A stretch of DNA of 64,000 nt from Nemertoderma westbladi (Eukaryota; Animalia; Xenacoelomorpha), in contig JAUCBJ010003333.1 in assembly GCA_032718475.1 (NCBI GenBank), positions 62,001-126,000 on the forward strand, in the 5' to 3' direction. Below the pieces are notes generated by a model, which saw only the letters and a list, made by a program, of their open reading frames with translations, was not told the DNA's origin and made no database searches. How positions within the stretch are numbered: the first letter of the stretch is position 1; each line of letters opens with the position of its first letter. The position numbers were made by a program, and so were the translations under genes. Shown here piece by piece: positions 47,854 to 59,147 of the stretch.

Positions 47854-48919
47854 TTACATATTAGGATAATAATCAGGTTTCCATGGAGAATTAGTAACAG
47901 GCTCTACTAGAGCTGGGTTACTGACAACTTTCTGTTTCTTTGCAGGTGATGTGTTGGTAAATTTACTCGATGATCTTGGCTTCCGAGGTAATATTTCAGG
48001 AAAGACCTGTTGCGGTTGAGAGCAACTCTCTTCAACATCCAGATTAGGTGATGGGATCTCTACGAAAGCTTTAGGTTTATCCAAAAGGACAAAACCGTCA
48101 ACATTGGCTTCAATAAGAGAAACGCCATCCATAGCCTCTTTGAGAAAACTAATATGGGCTTTATCATTCAAGTAATGCAACTCGATAGAATTTCCGCCGG
48201 CCCCTACTTCAGTAGAATTATCAGTGTTGGTGATAATAATTTTTTTATTATTGGTTTTAATCATTTTGAGACGGTCTGATAATTGAATGATATTTTTATC
48301 AAAAAGATGCTTGTCTGTTTCATCGACTTGGTTGTCCCACTCTCGCAACAAAACAGTTAGTTCCTGTTTTGACAAATTGAAACCTGTATAAATAGTTAAA
48401 ACCAACACTATCAGCGTATCTGAGGCTGATTTTCCATAAGCCAACATAGTTGGTTCCTTTAAAAGCTGTTACAAATCCAATAAACTCTGGATTTGATAAT
48501 TCAATGTAGAATTGATCGCTAATAATCTCTAGCGGTGGAGAGAGAAATTGCAATAATTTCCCTCTGTATTGAATTAGAACTTCAGTAAAAGCTTTGTTGA
48601 GAACTTTACATTTGCCTTGTTTCTGAACGTAAACATCACCCGATGTGGGGTTGATGGAAATATTCAAATTTCCCCGCGCAAAACGAAGAGTGGGATATAT
48701 CCTACCTGGTATAATTGCTGGTCTGGATTGATGTTGGTTGTTGTTGGTTGTTTCTAGAATGTCTAACAAATAGCGGGTATCTTGATGGGAAAAACAAATT
48801 GATTCGTTGTCCTCCTGAGATTCCACAATAAAATACTTGCTGTGAACGACGGTACAAGTATATTTATTGTAAGTAAATTTCCAGCTATTTGTTGCTCCGG
48901 TTTTTTGCGTTAAGGCCAT
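47854..48919 (-). pseudogene. PC4-like ssDNA-binding/coactivator protein split by a frameshift near 48395
   Basis: GFVTAFKGTNYVGLWK (first frame) joins TGFNLSKQELTVLL (second frame), matching the PC4 pattern V..FKG..YV.I....G..L...W..L. Confidence 0.6.
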
Positions 48920-49013
48920 AATAATAATAAATACGAAAAATATTACAAGTGATAAATTTTAAACCGTATCGCTGTAATAAATTGACACCATAGTTCTCAC
49001 TCTAAAATTGTGT

Positions 49014-49175
49014 TTGGTCGGAAGACGACGCCTGATAAAAATGATGCTGAGTTCGACATTAGGTATCGACTCAAAAACAAAAATCGTGTGAGACACGTAG
49101 CTCAGATTTTCGTTTTTAGGTCGATACCCAATGCTGGAATCAGTATCATTTTATGTGGTGTCGTTTTCCGACCAA
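49014..49175. repeat. Long imperfect hairpin (~72-bp arms, 19-nt loop)
   Basis: 49014-49085 versus the reverse complement of 49105-49175: about 13 mismatches plus 1 gap. Confidence 0.9.
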
Positions 49176-49592
49176 CGAATATACAATGAGTAAGATAATG
49201 TATAAATTATTAAGGAAATAACACAATGTCTGAGTGAGAACAAAAAAAATTAGATATGGTATCAATATATTACCATGAAGATTACAAGTGATGAATTTTA
49301 GTAAAAACATTCAGTTATATATAAATTTGTGATGGGGCATAGTCAACGAAGAAGAGATGGGACGTGTCATAATCATCGACGAATAAGAAAAGAGATGGGG
49401 TGCAACGTGGTTGAATGGTTGGTTGGTTACGTGGACAGGAAATATGTGAAAGAATATGAATCATAGGGTTGTGTGTAATAATAATCAATAATTATTATAA
49501 AAACGCACAGTATAATGTTAGTAGTAGTAGCCTTTCAATATGGCACAGATGCTGCGGGATCGGTTAGCTTGAGTAACTACTTGGAAATGTTC

Positions 49593-50203
49593 GTATACGT
49601 GTAGCTGGAACGTGGCGGAATTTCATGCACATGTATCATACTGAGTGGTTGGTTTGTTGGTTTGGCGACAGCAGTTGAGTAGCTCTATCAACGGAGGGAT
49701 GTAAATCGTTGAGTTGGCAATCGATATAATATACTGTAATATAACGACTTGGTATATGCATCGTGTAGATGGCCACGTTATCGTTTTAGTCACCATATAC
49801 AGTATGTGGAGGTGGTAGCGTGGCGAAAAGGGGAATAATCTGAGGGTGTATCGCTGTTGGTTGGTTGATCGAATAGCGATGGGTTGGGGGGGCTAGCCAT
49901 GCGTCGAGAAGTTAGGCTACGCGAAGATGAATATGCAATGGATGGTTGTTGCAGCAATGATACGAATCAATACCGAAGGGTGGTAACAGATGCTGTTGAA
50001 TAAGGTGGGCAACGCGAGGTTAGGCTACGCGTAGGTGAATACGCTACGATTGGTTGATGGTAACTACCTCGATGGTGACAGATGTGGCCAATTAAACGCC
50101 GTAATTTAGCATCGGAATTTGGCATTTTTAATAGTCCTCCGAGATGTAGCCCATAGCCCAAGCTAGGGAGGAGTTCGTTGGGGTCACCTCTTCTCCTACT
50201 ACT
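49593..50203 (-). repeat. Polinton right TIR
   Basis: Mirror of 31465-32039. Confidence 0.95.
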
Positions 50204-50689
50204 AACATGGACTGGCAGAAATGAGTGTGGGCTCTATGTACTAATACAGTAATGCGATATTTGTGTAAGTATTTGGGGAGTATCAAGAGAGGTGGGAGAG
50301 GCTGATTTTCCTCTATTGCTGCTGGCTTTTCTATTCCTCCGTTTCTATACCGACCACACCCCCCCCCCCCCCTTCTCTGTCTACCCCCATCCCTCCCCTA
50401 GCACCCGCACCCCTTGTTACAACATTAAACAATAATTCTAGGTATAAGTTCGTTTTATATTTTAAAAAAATCCATGTTTTCATTAATTTATACGCTCAAT
50501 AATTCCGATATCTGAAGTATTTCATTAAAATATAAATATGATGTCAACGCACCGAAGCCATTACATTACGTCATAACAAAGATACAGCTACCATAAAGTC
50601 AATCAAATTGTTTTAGAAAAAAATTGTGGATATTTTGATAAGCACATTAAGACGTTTAGAAGTGTTCAACTTGGGTTTTAATATTAATC

Positions 50690-50875
50690 GGGGGGCAAAA
50701 GTCTGGGACAATTATCCGGGGAGCAATTGTCCAGGGGCAATTGTCCGGGGGGTAATAATTGTCCAGGGTAATTGTGCGCGGGGGGCAATTGTCCAGGGGG
50801 CAATTTTCCAGGGGGCAATTGTCTGCGGGCAATTTCCGGGGTGTAATTTCATGGGGTCAATTGTCCTAGTTCCGT
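50690..50875. repeat. Degenerate GGGGCAATTGTCC tandem repeat
   Basis: About 10 copies of a ~15-bp GGG(G)CAATT(G/T)TCC motif. Confidence 0.8.
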
Positions 50876-52280
50876 TAGTGTCACACCTCCCCCTGATCTA
50901 CGGGCTTACAGCGGGCAAGGGCGTCAAGCAAAGTCTTACCTCCTCTGGCATGGGCGCTCTCAGGCTGTCGAGTCATGTTTCAAATGGGCGTGGGCAAATG
51001 GTGCGGGTTCCCTTATGCGATGTGGGCATTCACCCCCCTTGCGTTGCTGTGGCCTAAAGATTTAGGCAGCCATCCTCTAACGTCGGCTGTTCAAGATAGA
51101 TACGCTAAAAAAAGCTATATGTTCTGAGTTTGCAGTATATTTTAACGTTTAAACTAAACTTGACATAAAAGCAATTAGATAACAAATAGTTAGGAATGAC
51201 AAGTTTAACTAAAGTATGTTAGTTAGGTAGTGATAACCGAAGGGCAAACGGCACCTTATATAGGAAATTCTAAGCATGGAATCGCACTGGAACATTCTAC
51301 CACATTCCATGGGCTCACATTGGACCAATAAATTATTAAGCACCTTATGATTGGCCCAACTAATCAGTTCATGTATTGTACGCACTCCATTATTGGCTTA
51401 TCTAATCTTAACGAAACAGAAATAAAGATGCACAAAAAATGTAAATCTACCGACCTAAATTCGAACTCTCGACCTATAACATATACGACCTGCACGCTAA
51501 CCTACCGGGCCACTGGACCAGGTAGTAAACTTGTATGAAACCAAAATGTACTAAATATGGGTAATATATGAATTTATAACGAAACTGTGAAAGCAAGGCA
51601 AAATACATCGGATTTTAAAAGTTTTTACGTAGTATTAAAATACAAATAGCTACCTAATAGTGAAATATTTCCACAGCTAAAGCTGCGACCCTTTAGACAT
51701 TATGGCACAATAAATGACATCTGAAATAAATTCGCCAACCTGCTAAATCCCAACCCGCGAAAATCTGGTATGTCTGAATTTTTGACGCCATGAATGAGTC
51801 ACATAATATTAAAATTGTAGAAATTGAGTTGAGAATCTAAACAACCTATAAAGGATATATCTTCTCATTACAGATGCTGTTTTACCGAAAAGGTTAAAAA
51901 TATATAATTCTATGGTAACCACCGTGACAATTATTTCGTATAATTTATCTTCGTATAAATGAAACTAAATAAACCATTTAATTTTCAGATTAAACTTTAA
52001 TCAAATATATCACTTACATTTACAAACAAACATGAACAAAATATAATATTAAATTATTGTAAATCAACTGAGATCCAACAGCGCTGAACCAAAAACCGAA
52101 TTGTTATTTATAGTTATACCACAATATTATTTATTGGTTTCTGAAACGAACCCATTTTTGGAACAATATTATTAATTTTTATTCCGACTGAAAATTAGTT
52201 ACTTAATTCACCAGGTAAATCGACGTTACTCAATAACTGGCAATTCTAAGAATAACAATTGACGAAAAAACGAAGTATTG

Positions 52281-52510
52281 GAGACTTCTCTCTCTTGGCA
52301 GTTACCTGACAGTTAGAGAGGCCGCCACACTAACTACCAAAGTTGAATACTCTCACCATCCAACCCCATTCTTCAGTCCCCACGGATCCCATGCTCCCTT
52401 ATCGCTGCTTCGACTTTCCAGTTACGAAATTGTAACTGACCTGACCCGGAATCGAACACGGGACCTCCCAGCTGGAAATCCAAGGTGTGACTCATTCATT
52501 GGTCGCCATG
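52281..52510 (-). mobile_element. tRNA-derived SINE
   Basis: B box GTTCGATTCC; body CAATTTCGTAACTGG..CAGCGATA..GAGTATTCAAC shared with 52770-52998. Confidence 0.75.
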
Positions 52511-52769
52511 GTGAAGGGGTTACGAGATGAATATTTGGATACCATATTTATCAATATTATACTCCCGTATAGAATCCAACTTCGATACATATTACCCCGA
52601 CTACATACTCTATATATAATATTACAATACTTGCCGTGGAGTATGTTGCCGCCAGGTATTAAATAACCCCAACCGTAATTGATTCAATACTTGCCGTAGG
52701 CAGCACATCGCCGCCAGATAATCACACACACAACAATATTGCTCCATTTAACTCCATATCTAGAATCTG

Positions 52770-52998
52770 TCTAGCTTGTGGATGAGTTACTCTATTATCC
52801 TCTATATCAGGGATTCCGAGTTCGAACCCGGGCTGAATCAGTTTCAATTTCGTAACTGGTACGTCAGTACAGCGATATGGGAACCTGGAATCTGGGGGGA
52901 GTAAAGAAAGAGGTTGGCTAGTGATGAGTATTCAACATTGGGAGTAAGTGTGGTGCCCTCTCTGCCTTACAGATAACAGCCAAGATTGATGAGACTTC
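52770..52998 (+). mobile_element. tRNA-derived SINE, second copy in inverted orientation
   Basis: B box GTTCGAACCC and the same body as 52281-52510. Confidence 0.75.
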
Positions 52999-54267
52999 GG
53001 GTTGCCTCCAGTAAGTTTCACGTTCACGGCTATTAGCTTTTAGATAACTTTATATATTTTATCCGCCGAACTCAAAATTAGATTTCTTCCCAATAATTTT
53101 ATCTCATTGATTCATAACGGATCTGCGCAGTTGTGTAAAAAAATTATACTAAAATACAAAATGTAGGACAACTAATTCTGGATTCAAATATTGTATATTA
53201 ATTTGTCGTAAATGACGTTCAATGTAAAATTCATTATCTAATAACGTCGACCTTAGTGTTTAGGCTACAATTATTTTTGAAAATATTAAATAATTTATAT
53301 AAAAACGAAAAACACAATAAATTGCAAATTTCACAAATATTAAATTATCAACAACAGCACTACCAATTAAATAATAATTATTAAAAATGGAAACTGAAAA
53401 ATTTAAAACAATTCTTCCAGTTTGAGACTCAAATTACTGTATCAATCACAAATAACAATCACAAATCGTGCGATGTGTGAAATGTTATCCCGATCCGCAA
53501 CCAGGGAAACGGACCCAAAGAGCAGTTTACTCTGCTAAAAGGGAATATATAAATGTTCATTATTTAATATAAACGGCTCCGAGTTTGCAAAGAAAATAAA
53601 ATGTTAATTATCTGTAGTTTAAATGAATAAATATCTACAGAAAATTATCCTAATTAATTTACAGGATTCTTAAGAAACTTTCCCTGATCTGTTGATATGC
53701 CCATTTAAAGTCCAGTTATTGGTTCTGAAATGTTAAATTATTATAACAAATTTATATATTTATAAGCAATCGAATGATGTAGTAAAATAATTAAACCACT
53801 TGTATTGACTTAATTATTATATTAATGTTGCTTATTTAATAATAATTAAAATATTATATTACATATGAAAATCAATACAAAATTCGGAACATATTTAAAT
53901 AAACACAAATTCAACATGAATAGTTCGACAGACAGACAGAAATATCTTAAATAACAGACTCAACATTAATTTACCTTAAAATCACTGATATTAATTACTA
54001 TAAGCTAATGATTTTTAACTAAATTCCGATCTGGATTTTGAATAAAAACAAATAAATTTAACAGAAATTTTCACTGGGCAATGAATAAAAACTGATTAAT
54101 TGCGATGAGGATTCGCTGCATCAGGAACTGGTAGGACCGAAACTCTACCTATTATTATATTAGTTCAATAAATTAATGGATTGGGAGTTGAGATGTTTGA
54201 ATTAGCATTTTGAAACGTTCAGCAAATTTACTAGCAAATGTCAGCAGATATAATAATAACATAATAA

Positions 54268-56567
54268 TTAATTAATTAACCTATTTAATTGTTTAAACAT
54301 ATAAATATTGAGATCCTCACCAACAACTACAAACTTCAATGAGTTTAAAGAACAGCTGATAGTAAAAGAAAAAGGATCAGTTCTTATAGGAATTCTTTGT
54401 AAAAATTCACCTTTAACTGAAAATAACGAAATATTTAAATCGCCTCTAATAATAATCGTATCACAATCTTTATTTACAAAGTTCACCTCTCTGACCCCCT
54501 CTACAGTGTTTATTACAGCCGTAGGTTTGTAATTAAACTTAGTAATAAGAGATAATTTATTAACCCAATTAGTCGCTTCGCTAATCCAATCCAATTCCTT
54601 TATATTTAAACTTTCATTATTTATAGGAAACTGAATTCCGTCTTTAGAATAAACTAATACAACTGAACCCTTTACTACGGCTATGTAGGAGCTGTTGGGA
54701 GAGAAAGCGAATGTGGATAAACTGAAACTTTCTAACTCAGTAACTGGGAATCCGTCGTCAGTTACTTTTACTAACCCACTGAGTAACTTATTGTTACTAA
54801 ACCCATACACAAAAATAATTCTAGAATCAGGTAAAACTACCAACCTACAACCCTTTGGGAATTTATAATCAACAACCGAATGTTTCCCGGTTAATATATC
54901 GGTAAGAATTAATTTACCGCTCTCATCTAGAGTTGCTACTGTATTGTTACAGTTTAATGCTACTAACTCACTAATCTTAGACCCCGGATTGGGTTGTAAT
55001 TCTCTAATTAAGTGCCCCGGTTTCCCTACCAAGCAACGATATAATTCCCATCGTAATTCAGATTCTTCCTGTTCCCCTAAGAATCTCCCATATCGATAAT
55101 ATTCTCGGAGTAACTCAGCCGACTCTTTATAACTCCACACACTGAGTTTATCAGCCGCTATACTAACTAAATAGTTCGATGGAGCAACAAAAACTAATTC
55201 CTCTACAAGTTCACTAGATGTTGTTGGTAAAGTAATAAATTTATTTCCATAATAAACACAAATAATTCCGTTGACACACCCGTAAGCGAAAACCGGTTGG
55301 TTTTCTATTCCAGTTAACCAAGATATCGGACTCTCTTCGTCTTTATTTAGTTTAATATTCCCTTCCATATCCATTATATGGAGGGAGTCCCACGTACTCG
55401 CTGCTATGGTAACCGGTTCCGTATCTAGAACAGCTCGAACCCAGTCGTATCCAGTTAGTTTACCACCGCTGGACGATTCTGTACCGACGCTGTTAATGTT
55501 TAGTGTTACAGTATCGGCCCCAATGTTACAGTAACACATAAACTTACCAGATTGAGTTACATCCGCGCTGCTGGATGTCAACTTAACCGGTCCGATTGTA
55601 CCGGTTACCATTCGGTGGGTTAGTTCTCCGGTTTTACCGTCCAGTAGTTCCGCACCCGATTGCCCCCAAGGAAATCCGGTTATTATAAGAACGCGATCCA
55701 CCGCTCCGAGGTATTTAATTCCTTGGAGATGAATGTTGTATAACTCGTTGGTATATCTCATCCCCCATATCAGCTTCCCATCCAATAAGTTCCAACATTC
55801 TACATCGAACCACCCCAACTCAACATTAACTTTATAACCTATAATTATTATATCGTCCGCAACCCAATCTAGACATTCTATACCAAATTTACTGAACTCA
55901 AAGACTTTAATTGGCTTTTGTATTGAAGATAAATTAATAAAATCCCAAAGTTTAACTCCCGGAGTTGGAATTGGGTGAGTGGAGTAGGTTATTAGATGTT
56001 TAGCTGTTGGTGAGAATGAAACTCCTATCTGGGAAGGGGAGTGGGCCTCCCAAGTTATAGTGGAGTCGGGGACCTCCGTATTGATACAACTGATAGTCCC
56101 GTTGTGGGACGAGAAACATAATATATTTGAATCCTTTGGATGGAAGTTTATACTGTTTGTGAGTATCGGTGGTGTTTTATTGATTAAATCTTCCTCCTTT
56201 ATTACGGAATGGGAATCAAAATGATCGAATATTAATTCTCCATCAGTTGAATCCCGAATATGAATCCATCCATCTAAAGTTCGGTAACATATCCTTCTTG
56301 CATCAGCCGATAATTTTGCATCATATAGATATAGCGATGGATTGATATTAATTTTATCTTCTGTAATAATCTTCTTCCCACAGGCAGCATCGCAAATCAT
56401 TAACTTATTATCGACGTAAACTAGAATCGTTTTTCCATCAGCAGATAACTGAATTCCATACGTCAACCGGGTCTCGTAATCCTTCAGTAACTTTATCGAT
56501 AAGGGTTCATCTGTTTCATCTCTTGTTCTATTCATTGAGTTGCTGAGATCGAAATATAGTTTATTTT
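54268..56567 (-). CDS. Terminal exon of APAF-1-like gene: divergent WD40 beta-propellers
   Basis: Uninterrupted 755+ codon ORF with WD-like repeats (SINFHPKDSNILCFSSHNGTI, GVSFSPTAKHLITYS..VKLWDF, FAFSPNSSYIAV). Acceptor TTTGCAG|56567, phase 1. Confidence 0.85.
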
Positions 56568-57007
56568 CTGCAAATAATAAAATAACAACACAAACTAATC
56601 AGATGATTATAATAAATTATAATTGATTAATTATAAAATATTATTTACAATTTACAAATATTAATATTGTTCTACTTCTAATAGAGAGGGATATTTATAA
56701 TACCGGTACGAATAATCTGCTATCCAATATTAATTAATATCCATGCTATGGGGGGGGGGGGGGGGGGGGTCATTTTTTAAATTTCTTTGTAATACCTCTT
56801 AGTATCTCAAGTATCTTTGATTCAGGGTCGTTGGAAAAACAAAGATTTCGTGACTTTTCCTAAAGTTTAATGGGCAATCCAACAGAGCAAACGCCAAAAC
56901 ATCTCTTTCGTCCCTTTCTTGTACCCATCTCAGTATTTTCTGTGCTAAAATTGCAACAGATTTTATTATAACTTTTTGTTTGCACCGCTTTTGCAAAGCC
57001 GGCTATG

Positions 57008-57080
57008 ACATCCACGTGGGATCGAACTGGTGACCTCCGGGTTGGAAGTCTGACGCTCTAACCATTCAGCTAGCGGCCAG
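57008..57080 (-). mobile_element. tRNA-like SINE head or pseudo-tRNA
   Basis: A box TAGCTGAATGG, loop CTTCCAA, B box AGTTCGATCCC; stems poorly paired. Confidence 0.6.
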
Positions 57081-57214
57081 GCAAAAGATAGACCTGGAAA
57101 TATGTAACAATTCGATCTGGTAGATAAAGTGTCACAGAACGCCGATGATACAAAGTTTTTTATAATTGATGATGACGCTGATGTTCTAGAATTCCTACTA
57201 GTTTTATTATAACA

Positions 57215-58130
57215 ATTTTCTCTGGTCTCAGGCCTCGAACTAAATGAATCCAAAACCGAAATTATCCGTATCGGCAAAACAAAGAATTCTAGAGTAAAAC
57301 TATGCCCCCATCGTAAATAAAAATGGTTAGAGCCGGATTAACCCTTCAATGTCCTCGGTGTTTTAATATCGTCTGATACTACCAAAATAGAAAAAATGAA
57401 TTTTAGACGATGCATTAAAAAAGTTAAGATGACAATAAATTTATAGAGAAAACATAAGCTGGCACTTTTAGGTAGAGCTACCATCATTAAATCACTCATA
57501 CTGCCAAAATTTATGTATAGCTTCTCGTGTTTGAAAACACTATCGCAAACTACCATGAACAATGACAGTAATAGACTTTTTGTGGGAACGAAAACCTCCA
57601 AAATTCAAACATATATACTTATTGCGGATATTACAACTGGGGGTATAAAACTGCCAGACGTAGTGGAGTATGCAAAAAGTCAGAAAATAAAAAGGATAAC
57701 TAAAATCTCTAAAAGAGAAAACTAAGTTATATGGAACGAACTCGCATGAAATAGCTTTACAACAAGTATAAATAATGAGATTTTTATGTGTTGCTGTAAC
57801 TTACACGAGAAGGATGTTAAAGGTATGGGCCTGTGTAAAAATGAATTCTGGGAAGAAGTTCTTGCTATCTGGTGCAAACTTATTAATACATATGATCAGA
57901 ATGACACAAACACAAGAACCAAAGACTACAAGAAACAAAAATAATAAATTAGATTACATCTGGCTTAATTCCAAAATAAAAATTAACAATAAACCACTAT
58001 TTTGGCCAGATTGGATCCAAAAGGAGTATATTTATTGTGCCACTTAATTGCACCAGTAGCTAACAATCAGTTCCGTTATATAAGTCTCATCGATGCTATT
58101 ACTCCGACCCACAGAAAGAAACTATGAACT
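57215..58130 (+). mobile_element. Degenerate L1/Tx1-clade RT C-terminal fragment
   Basis: SGLELNESKTEII, LALLGRATIIKSLILPKFMY and GGIKLPD across frames. Confidence 0.7.
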
Positions 58131-59147
58131 AAAATTCAAAGTCCAGCCTTTATAAAATCTCATTATAGTTTAGGAGTAGTGGGGTCAACAAAACGCGCAT
58201 ACCTCACTTTCATACATGAAAAAATACAAACAAATAAATTAATAATTTAATTAATAATTAATTTTAAAATAAATAATTCAATATTAAAATATAAATTTAA
58301 AGCTGTGCCCAACAAAAAGTTATAGGGCCTAATAATTTGATAAATGAATTAAATTAAATGGATGGATAAAATAAATTATTTTTTCCATTTCTGAACAAAA
58401 CCATAATATGACACCATAATAATTTGAAACCACTCATTCGCCCTAACACAATAATAAAAGATTTTATGGCTCACTAAAATTAATTTATTTGCAGTATTGC
58501 GGTATTTTTGCAGGGAGCAGGTGAGAGGCGTATTGTTGCAAAGGCTGCCTGGAGGTACATGTTGTGACAGGAGAAACAGTTAAGAAGAAAATTTTTTCGA
58601 TTCCGTTATTCAGTACTGAGTAATAAATAGCCTTTAAAATAAATGTAAAGTGCATTTTTTATTCGTATGAAATTAAATTGAAAAAACTTATTTCATAGAA
58701 TAAATTTAGTGAATTTGTTATCAATATTTCGCTTAATCCACTTTACGTTGTTTCATTCTCGAGTTATGGAAACTTTTGTAATTTTCACCCAAAATTGAAA
58801 AAGTTGTAATTTTGGTGCAGCACCACATTTGACACTAAAAAATGATCATAAAACACACAGAAATTTCGAAATATCTTGCCATTTACGGAATCAGCGCCGA
58901 AACTTACTACTAGAGGTACTTATTCAGCCGTTAGGCCAGTGAATACGCACAACGTTAACGTATGATTACTATTTCCAGTGCGCTCCCCCTGAGGAAACTC
59001 TAGTACTCATTTAACTTCCATTTAAGTTTGCAAGGCAGATTTTGCGCCCTGGCTTTAAAACATTCTCGCCGGCCTCCATGCGGGGATCAAAAACACGACC
59101 TCCGGAGAGATATGAACCACTACACCAAGGAGGTGGGACTAACATAC

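Larger units (their letters stand above)
31465..50203. mobile_element. Polinton/Maverick (endogenous polintovirus), 18.7 kb, both ends intact
   Basis: Termini AGTAGTAG...CTACTACT; 6-bp TSD AACATG (31459-64, 50204-09); long TIRs; ATPase, integrase, pentons, MCP, protease and pPolB inside. Confidence 0.97.

Noticed and set aside
50626-51057. 143-aa ORF
   Set aside because: An open frame produced by the GGGGCAATTGTCC repeat; non-ATG start.
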